NCBI GenBank assembly: GCA_964247055.1
Contig: OZ176053.1
Location: 1,054,001-1,118,000 of the forward strand
Length of the DNA: 64,000 nt
Source: Paragordius varius
Lineage: Eukaryota > Animalia > Nematomorpha
Direction of reading: 5' to 3'
A program made the position numbers and the translations under genes. This document shows, piece by piece, positions 63,927-64,000 of the stretch. The notes beneath the pieces are model-generated. The model saw nothing but the letters and a program-made list of their open reading frames with translations, was not told where the DNA came from and did no database searches. Every line of letters starts with the position of its first letter. Position 1 is the stretch's first letter.

Positions 63927-64000
63927 TGTTATAGTTGTAACTTTCATTGTTACCACCTCGTTTCGAAATAGACTAATAGCTCATTTGTATAAACGTTTTT
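63927..64000 (+). repeat. Start of the 3' LTR
   Basis: tgttatagttgtaac...ttaccacctcgtttcgaaatagactaatagctcatttgtataaacgttttt matches the 5' LTR start. Confidence 0.85.

Larger units (their letters stand above)
60505..64000 (+). mobile_element. Decayed Ty3/Gypsy LTR retrotransposon (3' LTR runs off the window)
   Basis: 5' LTR TGTTATAG...TTACA (60505-60832), PBS-like TGGTAGCC at 60834, PR-RT-RNaseH-IN order, purine-rich AAGGTGGAATGA before a second TGTTATAG at 63927. Confidence 0.9.

Overview
Very AT-rich eukaryotic (most likely invertebrate animal) genomic DNA with short GT-AG introns, (TA)n microsatellites and many eroded transposons; no rRNA, tRNA or CRISPR array was seen and the organism cannot be named from sequence alone. 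The dominant feature, hidden from the six-frame ORF track because it is spliced, is a head-to-tail array of eight intact four-exon genes (22887-58862, + strand). Each encodes a 130-aa protein with a signal-peptide-like N-terminus, and Cys23 and Cys51 are invariant. I do not recognise the family; it may be a very divergent single CUB-like beta-sandwich. The TE-free repeat unit is ~2.99 kb and its spacers carry hAT (Buster/SPIN-like and Blackjack-like), MITE and RTE-like insertions whose target-site duplications record the duplication history. The Blackjack element contains an inverted, divergent, heavily deleted second copy of its transposase (hairpin-forming, Mu-killer-like layout). Left of the array are a globin gene (- strand; globin domain in one intronless exon, probably with a long spliced N-terminal extension), a non-autonomous Helitron filled with a ~160/325-bp satellite, and retroelement relics. 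The right end is a decayed Ty3/Gypsy element with both LTRs visible.
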